Source: Bugula neritina (Eukaryota; Animalia; Bryozoa). Taken from it: a stretch of DNA of 64,000 nt. The DNA is taken from the NCBI GenBank assembly GCA_964035545.1, contig OZ037766.1, forward strand, positions 31,920,773-31,984,772, in the 5' to 3' direction. The notes beneath the pieces were generated by a model. That model was not told where the DNA came from. It did no database searches and was given only the letters and a program-made list of their open reading frames with translations. The translations under genes and the position numbers were made by a program. Below are positions 62,201 to 64,000 of this stretch, piece after piece; position 1 is the first letter of the stretch; each line of letters starts with the position of its first letter.

Positions 62201-62757
62201 TTAGCACACGTCTGCTTTCAGCACATGTCTGCTGTTACTACTGCTTTCACAATGCTTATAAATCTTATCCTTTAAATACATTATATACACAAATATAATA
62301 TTCTAACCATCACAAATATTTCTACATGCACAGGGATCATGCTTCATCTGTAAAAAATAAATTTCACAAGATAGTATGCAGCCTTCTGTAAATATAACTG
62401 GCTTATGTAGAGAAATAGCATAGCTGAGGGTGCTGAAGGTTGTTGCTCGCTTCTACGAATGTTTTGCATCATTTCAGGTGTCGGCTTTCGATCAGGATCA
62501 AGATCACGAATCTAATATAATCTATTCATTTGCACCGGAGTCCAAGATGTTTAGTAATCTATTCATGGTTGAGCCTCACCACGGCTGGATTAGCTCTCTG
62601 GTTCCTCTAGACCGAGAAAAGCGGTCTTCCTATGAGTTCTACATTCAGGCCAGCGACGAAGACAGTCGAGGGAAACTTAGCTCTAAGGCTAAAGTCAAAA
62701 TCAACTTACTGGACGTCAACGACTGCGCCCCGCAATTTGCTAATACCAAGTTGATAG
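29216..62757 (+). CDS. Fat1/Fat-like (kugelei/cdh-4-type) atypical protocadherin, 3'-partial; ~50 coding exons, ~27 cadherin repeats in window
   Basis: A signal-peptide-like start is followed by the Fat1/2/3-type first repeat (FTRPSY…MGI…FKAELLRVGDFAFLFIRTK…LNRE); the LLTPTYEGV motif at 53184; repeated DxNDNxPxF, AxDxD and LDRE/LDYE motifs in phase-compatible exons from 29216-29888 through 62478-62757. No TM, EGF or LamG domain yet, so the gene continues past the window. Confidence 0.93.
35095..35535 (+). repeat. 19-bp minisatellite (gtagtgtatactgtatcag) filling almost the entire intron
   Basis: The unit spans the junction tgtatcag|gtagtg; only 31 nt of the intron (35534-35564) are unique. 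Confidence 0.95.
35967..36172 (+). repeat. 29-bp minisatellite spanning a 3' splice site, 7 copies
   Basis: ctttcattgatgtctactatttcag|ctctc units; the last AG is the acceptor of exon 36168. Confidence 0.9.
40136..40168 (+). CDS. Candidate Fat microexon, 33 nt, phase 1-1 (GKRRGVTSQQT)
   Basis: tttctag|ggaagagacggggcgtcaccagccaacagacag|gtatag; in frame with the flanking exons. Confidence 0.6.
40561..40838 (+). mobile_element. Short non-LTR retro-insertion (SINE or LINE 3' end) inside a 34-bp minisatellite
   Basis: Ends in AATAAA plus an (AAAC)n tail; flanked by ACATATT at 40554-40560 and 40839-40845; it splits the array at ~40457-40560 / 40839-40975. Confidence 0.65.
41754..42238 (+). repeat. 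19-bp minisatellite (gttaccatgtaagtgatat) abutting the 3' splice site
   Basis: About 25 copies, most containing GTAAGT; ends ~15 nt before exon 42254. Confidence 0.95.
43300..43650 (+). repeat. AT-rich 14-bp degenerate minisatellite (atttatattattgt)
   Basis: Ends just before acceptor 43663. Confidence 0.85.
44219..44245 (+). CDS. Candidate Fat microexon, 27 nt, phase 1-1 (EISFWVQTK)
   Basis: ttttttccctgcag|aaatatcattttgggtacaaactaagg|gtaggt. Confidence 0.6.
46212..46876 (+). repeat. (GAGT)n microsatellite, ~660 bp
   Basis: Near-pure run with a few gagc/gtag interruptions. Confidence 0.97.
47013..47036 (+). CDS. Candidate Fat microexon, 24 nt, phase 0-0 (TAELFRIW)
   Basis: gtatatttag|actgccgagttgtttcgcatatgg|gtaggt. 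Confidence 0.55.
48108..48527 (+). repeat. 33-bp minisatellite spanning a 5' splice site (gcttg|gtgagctagtag…), ~12.5 copies
   Basis: Starts at donor 48113 with a period of 33. Confidence 0.95.
49154..49294 (+). other. Probable GC-AG intron in the Fat gene
   Basis: GAG|GCTAGT … tttgcag|GAC joins IIINVE to DNNDHAPKF, restoring the calcium-binding linker. Confidence 0.7.
49574..49609 (+). CDS. Candidate Fat microexon, 36 nt, phase 1-1 (ENCTTINDCNSK)
   Basis: tttcctttgtcgtcacgcag|aaaactgc…ctccaaag|gtaatt. Confidence 0.7.
51103..51405 (+). repeat. Intron made of one 33-nt plus ten 27-nt GT…AG units (gtataatactagtgttatgtaatacag)
   Basis: 303 nt = 33 + 10x27; every unit boundary is CAG|GT. Confidence 0.95.
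51861..51878 (+). CDS. Candidate Fat microexon, 18 nt, phase 1-1 (APFHET)
   Basis: TACTAAC (51841) tcttgtgttacag|ccccattccacgagacag|gtagtg. Confidence 0.65.
55074..55214 (+). repeat. 23-bp minisatellite (attgtatacccagctctcaagct), ~6 copies, next to an acceptor
   Basis: Ends ~10 nt before exon 55225. Confidence 0.9.
56060..56080 (+). CDS. Candidate Fat microexon, 21 nt, phase 1-1 (AMDYNGP-C)
   Basis: tactaatattttctag|ccatggattacaatgggccct|gtaagt. Confidence 0.75.
58434..58659 (+). repeat. 50-bp minisatellite spanning a 5' splice site, ~4.3 copies
   Basis: The unit includes 11 exonic nt, ctgatgtacaa|gtaagt…; donor-like copies at 58445, 58495, 58545, 58595, 58645. Confidence 0.93.
59200..59342 (+). 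repeat. ~36-bp minisatellite ending at a 3' splice site
   Basis: cactagtatatcataagtttactgtttcc units; the last ends in tttccAG. Confidence 0.85.
60480..60997 (+). repeat. 15-bp minisatellite (tattactgtatagta) abutting a 3' splice site
   Basis: About 34 copies, ending ~10 nt before exon 61010. Confidence 0.95.
61523..61543 (+). CDS. Candidate Fat microexon, 21 nt, phase 0-0 (AHVVHGR)
   Basis: actaatatgttttgtcttactttaacgctag|gctcacgttgtacatggacgg|gtaagt. Confidence 0.7.
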
Positions 62758-63129
62758 GTACAGACAGATCATAGTCTATTTAGTGTGAATTTTATACGTG
62801 TGGTTTGTAAAGCTGCACTTTGTCTCTCACTAAGTAGTAGAGTTTGAACCACAGCATGTTTCCAGGAGTCTTTTTAGAGTTTCCGCGAGACTTTTAGAGT
62901 AAATTAGTGTTGAAATGTGAGAACTAGCACGTTCTACCTGTATAGATGTACTGTGTGTACTGTATGCATTGTGTACCATAAGTGTATATCTATATATTGT
63001 CCTAGAATTCTAACCTGCCTTTCCTATTACACTTTCTATCACAAGCGGCCATGTTTTATGTACTGGACTGTAAAGTGTAACTCTATCTGTCCTCTAATTG
63101 ATGTATCTAATGTATTATACCACCTGTAG

Positions 63130-63156
63130 GAAGTTCTAGGTACTGGAATGATTCAG
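63130..63156 (+). CDS. Candidate Fat microexon, 27 nt, phase 1-1 (GSSRYWNDS)
   Basis: ccacctgtag|gaagttctaggtactggaatgattcag|gtaatt, in the phase-1 intron after exon 62478-62757. Confidence 0.6.
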
Positions 63157-64000
63157 GTAATTCAATATGGCTCTCTCATCTCACTTCCTCTCGTCATTCT
63201 AACACTCGACAATTAAACACTGATTCAAATATATCCATCTATATACTCCTGTACTAAAATCCTCAATAGTGGGCGTGGTTTGATTATGCTATTTTTAGGC
63301 GTGGTCAGAATTTAGGTTTTATTTGTGGGTGTGGTTAAGTTTTGGGCCTAATCAATTATTTTTCTTGACTTTGAATTTAATAAAAGAAAAATGTGTGCTA
63401 AGTTTGTGTGAGCTAATTTTTTGAAATGTAAACGTTTTGCAGCTTTTTAAGCATCTGGTGTGACAAAACTTACCAACGCTTGAGTGTATTGTGTGTGAAT
63501 TTTTTACAATGTATAATCATCATCGCTTGAAAAATGTAAGGAATTTTGCAACCAAATTAAAATAAAATTTAGGGTGTAAAACTAAAATACAGGGTTCAAG
63601 TTATCTCCACCTACTCTATCACTGCATGCCTCATGGCTCTCTATGTGTAGTCTATGTTACTTCCTGCATGCTACGATATTCAATGTTAGTCTTCAATGAT
63701 TCTCTCAGTAGATGTCAATCAGAAATAGTGTTCCTACAATTTATTGTCTGTATTTGTTCTGCCACATCAATTATTCTAATGACTATCAAGTGATTCACTT
63801 TACTTACTATAAATTGTGTTCAATGTGCTAGATGTTATGCCTTGTCCATGTGGCTTATCCCATTCCGTTATCAGTGGATTATGTTATCAAACAGCTTCTT
63901 TATGTTGAAATATTTCACTGGAATTGTGTCCACCATGCAGATTTCACTGGAATTGTGTCCACCATATAACTGATGCTGCATTCCTTAGCATGACTTGTAC

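Overview
Eukaryotic, intron-rich, AT-rich animal genomic DNA (an invertebrate, plausibly a lophotrochozoan; inference). Left to right: (1) the 3' part of a divergent non-RD (HCD) Ser/Thr kinase gene (+, to 3660); (2) a tandem paralogous kinase gene (+, ~7.6-18.8 kb) with an intact Ty3/Gypsy LTR retrotransposon (12452-17133; 258-bp LTRs that read identical, GGTTT TSD, tRNA-Leu PBS) inserted in sense orientation in one intron; (3) MRPL38 (-, 20047-22342); (4) a Fat1/Fat-like protocadherin gene (+, ATG 29216, ~50 coding exons read by eye, ~2,950 aa, continuing beyond the window). Two patterns stand out. First, eight of the long Fat introns each hide one short (18-36 nt), frame-preserving, phase-matched, stop-free candidate cassette microexon, suggesting a combinatorial microexon code on the Fat ectodomain. 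Second, many introns are filled with minisatellites anchored on, and copying, the exon-intron junction itself; two introns consist almost wholly of GT...AG units. All exon boundaries were read manually and may be off by a few bases; no RNA evidence was available.
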